From positions 1 through 64,000 of the forward strand of contig JBJOKS010000027.1 of NCBI GenBank assembly GCA_046045965.1: DNA of 64,000 nucleotides, written 5' to 3'. Positions 36,257 to 44,740 of this stretch are shown in pieces (within the stretch, counting starts at the first letter, position 1; each line of letters opens with the position of its first letter). This DNA is from Cyanobacteriota bacterium. GTDB lineage: Bacteria > Cyanobacteriota > Cyanobacteriia > Cyanobacteriales > Nostocaceae. The translations under genes were made by a program, and so were the position numbers. A model generated the notes under the pieces. It made no database searches. It saw only the letters and a list, made by a program, of their open reading frames with translations, and was not told where the DNA came from.

Positions 36257-38758
36257 ATGGTCAATCAGCTATTTTATGGCGATACTATAGAAGTATTTCC
36301 GAAACACATCACAGACTCCACAGATATAAATAGGGTAAATTTATCCTCAAAATTGAACCAAAAAAAAAGAAGTGAATTGGGTCAGTTTTTAACTCCTGCG
36401 ACAGTTGCTAGGTTTATGGCGGGACAATTTAGCAATTTATCTGGTAATATTAGTCTTCTAGATCCAGGAGCAGGGGTTGGGGTATTAACCGCCGCTTTTG
36501 TAGAACAATTATTGATAAACTCTGATCAAGTTGAGAGTTGTTTCATCACAGTTTATGAAGTAGAAGCAACCTTTATACCCTATTTAGAAGAATGTCTTAA
36601 ACAGTGTTGTCAAGCCTTAAAAAATAGAGGAATCAAAGCAGATTATTGTTTAAGAAATGAAAGCTTTATTGGAAGTATTACAGAAAACAACTTACCACTT
36701 TTTAATACTTATCCTGAGAATTTTACTCATGCAATTTTAAATCCACCTTATAAAAAAATAAACAGTAAATCAATCGAGAAAACAATATTGTCAAAGCTGG
36801 GAATTGAAACGGTAAATTTATATAGTGCATTTGTTTGGCTGACCATGTTACAGCTTGCTCAAGATGGCGAAATAGTTGCAATTACTCCTAGAAGCTTCTG
36901 TAATGGTGCTTATTTCCGTCCCTTTCGTCAAGCTTTTTTACAAGAAATGTCACTTCAAAAAATTCATGTTTTTGAGAGTCGCGCAGTAGCTTTTTCTGAA
37001 GATAATGTTTTACAAGAAAATATTATTTTTCATGCAGCAAAAACAGAAGTTAAACCTAAAGTTATAGAAATAAGTATTAATTCGGAACAAGAGTTAGATA
37101 AATTTTCAGAAATGAGAATTGTTCCCTATAACCAAGTTATTGAAACAAATGATTCTGAGATGTTTATCCATATTGTCACAAACTCTCTTGAAGATGCTGT
37201 AAAAGTGCAAATGGATAAATTTCCATCTACCTTAGAAGAACTTGGTTTAGAAATTTCAACTGGTTCAGTTGTAGATTTTCGTCTTAAATCTGCTTTGAGA
37301 AATTGCTTGGATGAGCAAAGTGTTCCCTTAATTTACCCAGAATCTATCAAACCAGGAAAAGTTTTGTTTCCTCCCACAAAACCGAAAAAATCAATTGCTA
37401 TTGAAAAAAATCCAGAAACACAAAAATGGTTAATTCCATCGGGTTGTTATGTTTTAGTCAAACGGTTTTCTGCTAAGGAAGAAAAACGCCGTGTTGTTGC
37501 TGCTGTCTGTTCTCCTATGGATGCACATGCACTTGGTATAGAGAATCATCTTAACTATTATCATGCTAGAGGAAAGGGAATGAATCCTGACCTAGCAAAA
37601 GGTTTAACAGCATTTCTCAATTCAACTTTATTTGATCACTACTTTCGGTTGTTTAGTGGTAATACACAAGTTAATTCTACAGACTTACGAAAAATTAAAT
37701 ACCCATGCAAAAATGATTTAATTAATCTGGGAAGTCAAATTAATGAATTTGTGTTTAACCAAGATGAACTTGATAATCTTGTACATAAAAATCTATCAAT
37801 TATGAGTGAAACAATCAACGCAATTCAAGCCAGTAAACGCATTCAAGAAGCACTTATTATTCTCAAACAAATTTCCGCACCAAAAGAACAGCAAAACGAA
37901 AGATCCGCACTGTGCTTACTCGCATTAGCAGATATTCGACCAGAAACTCCTTGGAATCAAGCGACAGCACCCAAACGCAGAATTACTGAAATGATGGATT
38001 GGTTTCGTGATTTTTATGGAAAACAATACGCACCAAATACACGAGAAACAGTAAGAAGACAAACAATGCACCAGTTTGTACAAATGGGTTTAGTGGTGGA
38101 AAATCCAGATCAACCAAACCGACCAATTAATAGTCCTAAATGGTGTTATCAACTTCAGCAACAAGCACTTTCACTGATACAATCATACAACTCTGAAGAG
38201 TGGGAAGAATATCGTCGTAATTATGCTATTTCTGTCAAAAATTTATTGCATGATAGAACTAGAAATATACCAACAATTCCTTTTATCTTACCCAATGGAC
38301 AAGCAATTTATCTATCATCAGGTGGACAAAATAATTTAATCAAAGACATTTTAGAAAATTTTTGTCCGAGATTTACACCAGGAGGTTTGGTTCTCTATGT
38401 AGGTGATGCTGGAGACAAATTCATCATTAATGAAACTCAGAAATTTAGAGATATGGGAATTGAGTTAAATCCTCATGGTAAAATGCCAGATGTTGTAGTT
38501 TATTATCAACAACAAGACTGGCTAATATTAATAGAAGCTGTAACCAGTCATGGACCAGTTAACCTAAAACGACACAATGAATTAAAGCAACTGTTTCAGT
38601 CAAGTAGTAAGGGGTTAGTGTTCATGACTGCTTTTCCCAGTCGCAAGGAAATGACTCGGTATCTAGCTGAGATTTCTTGGGAAACAGAAGTTTGGGTTGC
38701 AGATCAACCAGATCATTTAATTCATTTTAACGGAGAGAGATTTCTAGGTCCCTACTAA
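36257..38758 (+). CDS. Fused N6-adenine methyltransferase plus BsuBI/PstI-family restriction endonuclease
   Basis: GQFLTP, LDPGAGVG, NPPY, NLYSAF MTase motifs, then YAPNTRETVRRQTMHQF, HGKMPD...IEAVTSHGP, EISWETEVW...HFNGERFLGPY of the BsuBI/PstI REase, all in one frame. Confidence 0.9.
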   Translation: MVNQLFYGDTIEVFPKHITDSTDINRVNLSSKLNQKKRSELGQFLTPATVARFMAGQFSNLSGNISLLDPGAGVGVLTAAFVEQLLINSDQVESCFITVYEVEATFIPYLEECLKQCCQALKNRGIKADYCLRNESFIGSITENNLPLFNTYPENFTHAILNPPYKKINSKSIEKTILSKLGIETVNLYSAFVWLTMLQLAQDGEIVAITPRSFCNGAYFRPFRQAFLQEMSLQKIHVFESRAVAFSEDNVLQENIIFHAAKTEVKPKVIEISINSEQELDKFSEMRIVPYNQVIETNDSEMFIHIVTNSLEDAVKVQMDKFPSTLEELGLEISTGSVVDFRLKSALRNCLDEQSVPLIYPESIKPGKVLFPPTKPKKSIAIEKNPETQKWLIPSGCYVLVKRFSAKEEKRRVVAAVCSPMDAHALGIENHLNYYHARGKGMNPDLAKGLTAFLNSTLFDHYFRLFSGNTQVNSTDLRKIKYPCKNDLINLGSQINEFVFNQDELDNLVHKNLSIMSETINAIQASKRIQEALIILKQISAPKEQQNERSALCLLALADIRPETPWNQATAPKRRITEMMDWFRDFYGKQYAPNTRETVRRQTMHQFVQMGLVVENPDQPNRPINSPKWCYQLQQQALSLIQSYNSEEWEEYRRNYAISVKNLLHDRTRNIPTIPFILPNGQAIYLSSGGQNNLIKDILENFCPRFTPGGLVLYVGDAGDKFIINETQKFRDMGIELNPHGKMPDVVVYYQQQDWLILIEAVTSHGPVNLKRHNELKQLFQSSSKGLVFMTAFPSRKEMTRYLAEISWETEVWVADQPDHLIHFNGERFLGPY

Positions 38759-38812
38759 AATCGGGAAGATTATTTTGTAAATTTTCGTGAGGTCAATAAA
38801 TCTTTATATTTA

Positions 38813-38987
38813 GAGGTTGTCTTAAAAGTCTTCGGCGAATATAATAGAGCCTCCGGCACGCTTCGCGAACGCTACTACACAAGCGAAGTCCACCTGCGTG
38901 GACTAATGAAAAATCAAGGGTTTGAAACCCACGAAGGTGGGTTTTGTCTGTGTAGCTGTGACTTCTAGTCGCTTTTCAAACATCCTC
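38813..38987. mobile_element. MITE-like element, TIR ~GAGGATGTTTGAAAAG, TTA target duplication, carrying a branched REP-like palindrome
   Basis: tta|GAGGTTGTCTTAAAAG ... CTTTTCAAACATCCTC|tta; internal hairpins AGTCCAC/GTGGACT and AAACCCAC/GTGGGTTT. Confidence 0.7.
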
Positions 38988-39252
38988 TTAACATTGAAAA
39001 AAAAACTTAATAAAATTTGTTTTCAAAACATTAAGATTTATTTGTTTTAAACAACAATAATTCTTCGGAATTAATAGCTATAATCCTTACTATAACTAGG
39101 TTTAGACGATTATTTTCTAGCCTAATCAGCAAATATTCCTATTTTTTATTTTCTGCATATTTTGAGAGAATCAAAAGCGACTTAATAATCAAGCACTTAT
39201 TGTCCAAATCTATTGGACTACGTTAATTTCAATTTTACTGGGAGAAGACCGA

Positions 39253-40779
39253 ATGAAATTGGCTTACTGGATGTATGCAGGACCAGCTCACATTGGTACT
39301 TTGCGTGTAGCAAGTTCTTTTAAAAACGTTCACGCCATTATGCACGCTCCCTTGGGGGATGATTATTTTAATGTGATGCGTTCTATGCTATCGCGGGAAA
39401 GAAACTTCACCCCAGTTACCACCAGCGTCGTTGACAGAAACGTTTTAGCGCGTGGTTCTCAGGAAAAGGTGGTAGATAACATTACCCGCAAGGATGCGGA
39501 AGAACACCCAGATTTAATTGTTTTAACCCCCACCTGCACCTCTAGCATTTTGCAAGAAGACTTACACAACTTTGTGGAAAGAGCGCAGTTGGAAGCAAAA
39601 GGGGACGTAATGCTGGCGGATGTGAACCATTACCGCTACAATGAATTACAAGCCGCAGACCGGACTTTACAACAAATTGTCCAATACTACATTGAGAAAG
39701 CCCGCAAAAAAGGGGAATTACCAACAGAAAAAACTGCGAAACCCTCAGTTAACATTATCGGGGTTTCTACTCTGGGTTTCCATAATAACCACGATGTCAC
39801 TGAACTGAAGCGGTTAATGACTGATTTGGGAATTGAGGTAAATACTGTAATTCCTGAAGGTGCGTCTGTTCACGAGTTAAAAAATATGCCTCAAGCTTGG
39901 TTTAACCTGACTCCTTACCGGGAACTGGGGTTAACTACAGCTAAATATTTAGAAGAAGAATTCGGTACACCTTACGTAGATATTACACCGATGGGTGTTG
40001 TGGAAACTGCTAGATGTATCCGCAAAATTCAGCAGGTAATTAATGCCCAAGGTGCTGAAGTTGACTATGAAGAGTTCATCAATGAACAAACTCTGCACGT
40101 ATCCCAAGCTGCTTGGTTTTCCCGTTCTATTGACTGTCAGAACTTGACTGGTAAGAAAGCGGTGGTTTTTGGTGATAATACCCATGCGGCGGCTTTAACG
40201 AAAATTTTATCACGGGAAATGGGAATTCATGTGGTTTGGGCTGGTACTTATTGCAAATATGATGCTGACTGGTTTAGAGAACAGGTGAGCGAATATTGCG
40301 ATGAAGTATTAATTACAGATGATCATGGTGCTATTGGGGATGCGATCGCTCGCGTTGAACCTTCTGCTATATTTGGTACACAGATGGAACGCCACGTTGG
40401 AAAACGTTTGGATATTCCTTGCGGTGTAATTGCAGCACCTATTCACGTGCAGAATTTCCCCATTGGTTACAAACCATTTATGGGTTATGAAGGTACAAAT
40501 CAAATCACAGATTTAATCTACAATTCCTTCACTTTGGGAATGGAAGATCACTTATTAGAAATCTTTGGTGGACACGATACAAAGGAAGTAATTACCAAAG
40601 GAATTTCTGCGGAATCTGGTTTGAATTGGACAAAAGATGGACAAGCAGAATTGAATAAAATTCCTGGTTTTGTGCGCGGGAAGGTGAAGCGAAATACCGA
40701 AAAGTTTGCCCGTGAGCGTGGGTTTAAAGATATCTCGGCTGAAGTTTTGTATGCAGCTAAGGAATCTGTAGGGGCGTAG
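39253..40779 (+). CDS. chlB: Light-independent protochlorophyllide reductase subunit B
   Basis: [24 protein letters not shown]-terminal PCP_red domain [14 protein letters not shown]. Confidence 0.98.
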   Translation: MKLAYWMYAGPAHIGTLRVASSFKNVHAIMHAPLGDDYFNVMRSMLSRERNFTPVTTSVVDRNVLARGSQEKVVDNITRKDAEEHPDLIVLTPTCTSSILQEDLHNFVERAQLEAKGDVMLADVNHYRYNELQAADRTLQQIVQYYIEKARKKGELPTEKTAKPSVNIIGVSTLGFHNNHDVTELKRLMTDLGIEVNTVIPEGASVHELKNMPQAWFNLTPYRELGLTTAKYLEEEFGTPYVDITPMGVVETARCIRKIQQVINAQGAEVDYEEFINEQTLHVSQAAWFSRSIDCQNLTGKKAVVFGDNTHAAALTKILSREMGIHVVWAGTYCKYDADWFREQVSEYCDEVLITDDHGAIGDAIARVEPSAIFGTQMERHVGKRLDIPCGVIAAPIHVQNFPIGYKPFMGYEGTNQITDLIYNSFTLGMEDHLLEIFGGHDTKEVITKGISAESGLNWTKDGQAELNKIPGFVRGKVKRNTEKFARERGFKDISAEVLYAAKESVGA

Positions 40780-40805
40780 GTTTGCGGGGTTACTTAATAA
40801 GAGTG

Positions 40806-40842
40806 AGTGGTGAGGGGTAAGATTTACTCTTCACTACTTTTC
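40806..40842 (+). terminator. Probable terminator after chlB
   Basis: AGTGGTGAGGGGTAA/TTACTCTTCACTACT hairpin followed by TTT. Confidence 0.6.
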
Positions 40843-40898
40843 TAAGTCTGTCATTTCATGTATAATATATGTCTACTATCTTATCGCTAAACTAAATC

Positions 40899-41699
40899 AT
40901 GATTTATATTTCCATTTCTGGTTTTACCGAAGATTTTGAAAAAATTTCTTCTTTAAGCAAGTCAGCTTTTGAACAAGAAGGAATAGAAGCTGATATTGAA
41001 TTTAAGCAATTAAGATTAGATAGTTTTAAGAGCGATTTAATTAATATTCTCCAAATTGGAGTAGATAAAGCAGTAGGCGTTGCACCACTAATCACGGCTA
41101 TTGCAGCGGTAATTAATGCTGCTGTTAGCGTACTGAAGTTTCAAGAAGATAAAAAGTCTTTAAAGCAATTACCAAATGGTACTCAGAAACTATCTTTAAA
41201 TATAAGAACAAGTTCTGGTACAGACTTAGAACTAAAAATTTCTGGAGAAATAACGGATAAAGAGATTAGCGATTATCTACACGCAGTTGGAGATGTAATT
41301 GATAAAAATAGTTCTACATTAGAACTTAGTATTAAACAAGTAAATTCAGTATTCAGCGACTTAATTTTAAAAACAAAAAATATAAAGATAATGCTCATGA
41401 AAGAAGAGCGAATAGAGGGGGGAATAAAATGTACTATTGAATTCAAGTCAACCAATATTTTAGAGCTTCTTGCATCAGGTGAGGATATTTTCTATTTACC
41501 AACTCAAGATATTAAAGAGTGCTACGCCACTTTTGAATTACTGGAAAAAGGAAATATATTGTCTTTATATATTCCACAACCTGAAGATATCAGATGTTTA
41601 GATAAAGATAATTTAATTGTGAAATATAAAATTAAAAAGTTATCTAAATTCGATACGATATTCAGTGATACATCCTTTTTATTTTGCCAAGACCACTGA
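40899..41699 (+). CDS. Hypothetical AT-rich protein (266 aa), N-terminal domain resembling EACC1-type conflict-system adaptors
   Basis: Long open frame; beta-alpha-beta / hydrophobic helical hairpin / beta-beta-alpha pattern in the first ~135 aa; family call tentative. Confidence 0.6.
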   Translation: MIYISISGFTEDFEKISSLSKSAFEQEGIEADIEFKQLRLDSFKSDLINILQIGVDKAVGVAPLITAIAAVINAAVSVLKFQEDKKSLKQLPNGTQKLSLNIRTSSGTDLELKISGEITDKEISDYLHAVGDVIDKNSSTLELSIKQVNSVFSDLILKTKNIKIMLMKEERIEGGIKCTIEFKSTNILELLASGEDIFYLPTQDIKECYATFELLEKGNILSLYIPQPEDIRCLDKDNLIVKYKIKKLSKFDTIFSDTSFLFCQDH

Positions 41700-41702
41700 A
41701 CA

Positions 41703-41954
41703 ATGAAAACATCAGCCTTATTCCAATGGGTAGAACTAAAGCAAGATGTTCCTAACAGCCTTGTCAAAGCTGGTAATAAGGGCGTTGTCTTAGATCATCT
41801 CAATCCTACTACAACCCAGCAAGAACCAGGATATATTTTAGAAGTTTTTGAAGATGGTGAAACTCTAGATGTTGTTTATGTTCCTATTTCCTGGGTTAAC
41901 CCCTTACCTGAAACTTGGGGAAGTGTTGAATATAATACTAAACAGACAGTTTAA
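41703..41954 (+). CDS. DUF4926 family protein
   Basis: LFQWVELKQDVP...AGNKGVVLD...GYILEVF..GETLDVVYVP. Confidence 0.8.
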   Translation: MKTSALFQWVELKQDVPNSLVKAGNKGVVLDHLNPTTTQQEPGYILEVFEDGETLDVVYVPISWVNPLPETWGSVEYNTKQTV

Positions 41955-41956
41955 AA

Positions 41957-42073
41957 CCGCCTCAGAATGAATTCTGAGTCTAATAGCAAAAGTCGTCTCA
42001 AGACGACTAAAATAATCTTTGAGTCCGTTTTAACGGACTTCGGCTATTAGACTGGGAATTAATTCCCAGACGG
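41957..42073. repeat. Branched REP-like palindrome (copy 1; partial copies at 42735-42809 and ~43857-43912)
   Basis: Outer stem GTCTAATAGC/GCTATTAGAC with inner hairpins AGTCGTC/GACGACT and AGTCCGTT/AACGGACT; end hairpins CTCAGAAT/ATTCTGAG and CTGGGAAT/ATTCCCAG. Confidence 0.85.
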
Positions 42074-42134
42074 ATTAGAAAGCTAACTGATAATATTAAA
42101 AAATATCAGCTACAGCATGAGGAAAAATCCCACC

Positions 42135-42428
42135 ATGTCCAACCAAACAAACTTAACAGATGCTAGTAATAACCTAGCTGAAATCTGCGCTCAAGTAGTT
42201 GCAGATAGAGAAGTAATGATTATTACCCAACCTGACGGTGAAAACGTCGCCTTAATTGCTGCTGACGAATTAGAAAGTTTATTAGAAACAACTCATTTAC
42301 TGCGATCGCCTAAAAATGCAGCACGTCTTTTAACTGCTTTAGAAAGAGCGAAAGCCAGAACTTTAAAACCGCAAAATATTAACGAACTACGTCAGGAGTT
42401 GGGAATTGACCAAAAAGAAGAAGGATGA
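42135..42428 (+). CDS. yefM: Phd/YefM family antitoxin
   Basis: V..DREVMIIT.PDGENVALIAADELESLLETTHLLRSPKNAARL. Confidence 0.88.
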   Translation: MSNQTNLTDASNNLAEICAQVVADREVMIITQPDGENVALIAADELESLLETTHLLRSPKNAARLLTALERAKARTLKPQNINELRQELGIDQKEEG

Positions 42429-42708
42429 ATCAAAACCCGCAGAAATTAAAATTCGGGATGCTGTATTTCATCCAGAATTTCGGGAAGATTTAGCTTATTG
42501 GGTAGAGACAAACCGTAAAACTGCGCTGCGTGCTTTTAATTTAATTGAAGCAATTATGCGAGATCCTTTTACTGGTATTGGAAAACCAGAACCTCTGAAA
42601 TATTTAGATTCAGATGCGTGGTCACGACGACTTACCCAAGAACATCGAATTGTTTATCTAGTTAGTGATGACAGGATTGATTTTCTCCAAGCTAGATTTC
42701 ATTATTGA
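42406..42708 (+). CDS. yoeB: Txe/YoeB family toxin
   Basis: RDPFTGIGKPEPLK...WSRRLTQEHRIVY...LQARFHY. Confidence 0.93.
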   Translation: MTKKKKDESKPAEIKIRDAVFHPEFREDLAYWVETNRKTALRAFNLIEAIMRDPFTGIGKPEPLKYLDSDAWSRRLTQEHRIVYLVSDDRIDFLQARFHY

Positions 42709-42734
42709 AACTTGGGGAACTGTTGAACATGAAA

Positions 42735-42893
42735 CAAGACGACTAGAATAATATTTGAGTCCGTTTTAACGGACTTCGGCTATTAGACTGGGAATTGATT
42801 CCCAGACGGGTTAGAAAGCTAACTGATAATATTAAAAAATATCAGCCACAGCATGAGGAAAAATCCCACCATGTCCAACCAAACAAACTTAAC
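42735..42893 (+). repeat. 159-bp near-identical direct repeat of 41999-42157 (right half of palindrome, promoter region, first ~7 codons of yefM)
   Basis: Direct alignment by eye; few mismatches. Confidence 0.93.
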
Positions 42894-42971
42894 TGAGTTT
42901 AATATATTTAATTGTTGAATAAGACAGCAAAGGTTATAATTAAGAATATTTATCCTGTTAAAAATTCGGCT

Positions 42972-43292
42972 ATGAATCAGCAATTAGTTGATTCCCTTGT
43001 GCAAGTAATTGAGGCGCTTTCCCCAGAAGAAAGAAAACTTTTAGAAAGTCGTCTCAAACTCAATGCTATACAGCAAACACCGGGAATTTGTGGTGGTCAT
43101 CCTCGGATTCGTAATACACGCATTCCCGTGTGGACTTTGGTTTCCTTTCGACAGCAAGGAGCGAATGATGCAGAACTGCTACAAAATTATCCTAGTCTCA
43201 CACCTGAAGACCTGATAGCAGCTTGGAACTATTACGAACAAAATCGTTCAGAAATTGATCTCGCTATCACTACCCAAAATGAGGATGACTGA
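42972..43292 (+). CDS. DUF433 family antitoxin
   Basis: TPGICGGHPRIRNTRIPVWTLV...LLQNYPSLTPEDLIAAWNYY. Confidence 0.92.
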   Translation: MNQQLVDSLVQVIEALSPEERKLLESRLKLNAIQQTPGICGGHPRIRNTRIPVWTLVSFRQQGANDAELLQNYPSLTPEDLIAAWNYYEQNRSEIDLAITTQNEDD

Positions 43293-43294
43293 TA

Positions 43295-43678
43295 GTGAGA
43301 CTGTATTCTGATGAAAACTTTCCTCTAGAAATTGTGCGACAATTGCGGCAGATTAAATATGATGTACTTACTTCCTATGAAGCAGGACAGGCGAATCAAG
43401 GAATTCCAGATGATGAAGTTTTAGCATTTGCGACTCAAGAAAAACGAGTTTTACTCACACTAAATCGAGATGATTTTATTGCACTTCATCGCACAGGAAT
43501 TTCTCACACTGGCATGATTATCTGTAAAGATGATCGGGATTATTTAGGACAAGCTTAAATACTCCATAATTGCCTGAGTGAAAATCTAGATTTTGCTAAT
43601 CGACTAATGAGGATTAAACAAAATAATCAACCAAAATCTAGCATTCAGATTTTCATTTATCAAGAATATACAAGATAA
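43295..43678 (+). pseudogene. DUF5615 PIN-like toxin with probable premature stop at 43556-43558
   Basis: LYSDENFP, DDEVLAFA...RVLLTLNRDDF...HTGMII; frame continues for 39 codons after TAA (ILHNCLSENLDFANRLMRIKQNNQPKSSIQIFIYQEYTR). Confidence 0.7.
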
Positions 43679-43807
43679 ATGATTATTACCCAACCTAACG
43701 GTGAAAATGTCGCCCTTATCGCTGCTGATGAATTAGAAAGTTTATTAGAAACAACTCATTTACTGAGTTCCCAAAAAAAATGCAGCACGTCTTTTAGCTG
43801 CTTTAGA
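43679..43807 (+). pseudogene. Internal remnant of a second yefM antitoxin copy (frameshifted)
   Basis: Aligns to 42216-42343 of the intact yefM; frameshift in the poly-A run. Confidence 0.85.
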
Positions 43808-43995
43808 CATTGTTAGTATTCCCAGTTAGAGTTGCGATCTATCATCCCAGTATACTACCTCAACATGAATTCTCAGGCTAATAAAACAGTCGTATCAAGA
43901 CGATTTGACTAAGATTTCTGGGAACATCCAAATTTATGCGGTGAAAAATAGTATACTTTCCTCGGTTCTTATATTAGCCATCTTGGCAACATTAT

Positions 43996-44367
43996 ATGTT
44001 AAGTCCTGTATCAACAATTACCATCTTTCAAAAACAACCCAATCCTCAAGAATTTTCCGCAGGTGCAACTATCTTTGAAGAAGGACAACCTAGCAATTTT
44101 ATGTATGGCATTATCGTCGGCAAAGTTGACATATTAGTTAATGGCAAAGTAGTAGAAACAATTGAAGCAGGTGAGGTTTTTGGGACCAGTGCATTGGTAG
44201 GGATCAAAAATAGAACCTATACAGCGATCGCTCAAACCAACTGTCAACTTGCTTTTCTGGATGAAAAAGGATTTCTCTTCGCTGTTCAGGAAACACCCAT
44301 GTTTGCTATACAGGTAATGAAAAGTTACTCGGAGCGTCTGAGCCGTTTGCAGCATTATATTGTCTAA
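43996..44367 (+). CDS. Stand-alone cyclic nucleotide-binding domain protein
   Basis: IFEEGQP..FMYGIIVGKV...GEVFG..AL...RTYTAIA. Confidence 0.88.
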   Translation: MLSPVSTITIFQKQPNPQEFSAGATIFEEGQPSNFMYGIIVGKVDILVNGKVVETIEAGEVFGTSALVGIKNRTYTAIAQTNCQLAFLDEKGFLFAVQETPMFAIQVMKSYSERLSRLQHYIV

Positions 44368-44711
44368 CCTTTCTCATATATACTAGCAAGGATAGCGATC
44401 GCAATTATAGAAAATTTTGCATCCAAAACAGCGATCGCTATATTTTCAGCTTATAACCTATTAATCACAAACTCATCTGCGTCTATCCGCGTTCATCTGC
44501 GTTTCATTTTCATCACCTCTACCTCACTTGAATCTGATTTGTGAAAATCAAAGATTTACAGAATGTGAAAAGTAAAAAATCATCATCCCGTAAATCCTCA
44601 CATGATAACCACAATGCGCGATCGCAAATTCTCCACAGCTTACAGTAAATAAATTTGGGGTATTCCCAAGCGAATCGAATGTTTACCAATCTCTAGTAAT
44701 TTTGGAAAAGA

Positions 44712-44740
44712 GCGATACCTTCGGTTAACTTCGTTAACGC
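44712..44740. mobile_element. 21-nt double-hairpin insertion in a HIP1 site (SDR-type small dispersed repeat)
   Basis: GCGAT-[ACCTTCGGTTAACTTCGTTAA]-CGC; removing 21 nt restores GCGATCGC. Confidence 0.7.

Noticed and set aside
34050..38758. Absence of HIP1 as evidence of foreign origin
   Set aside because: I also saw none in topA (2.6 kb core gene), so absence over a few kb is weak evidence without statistics
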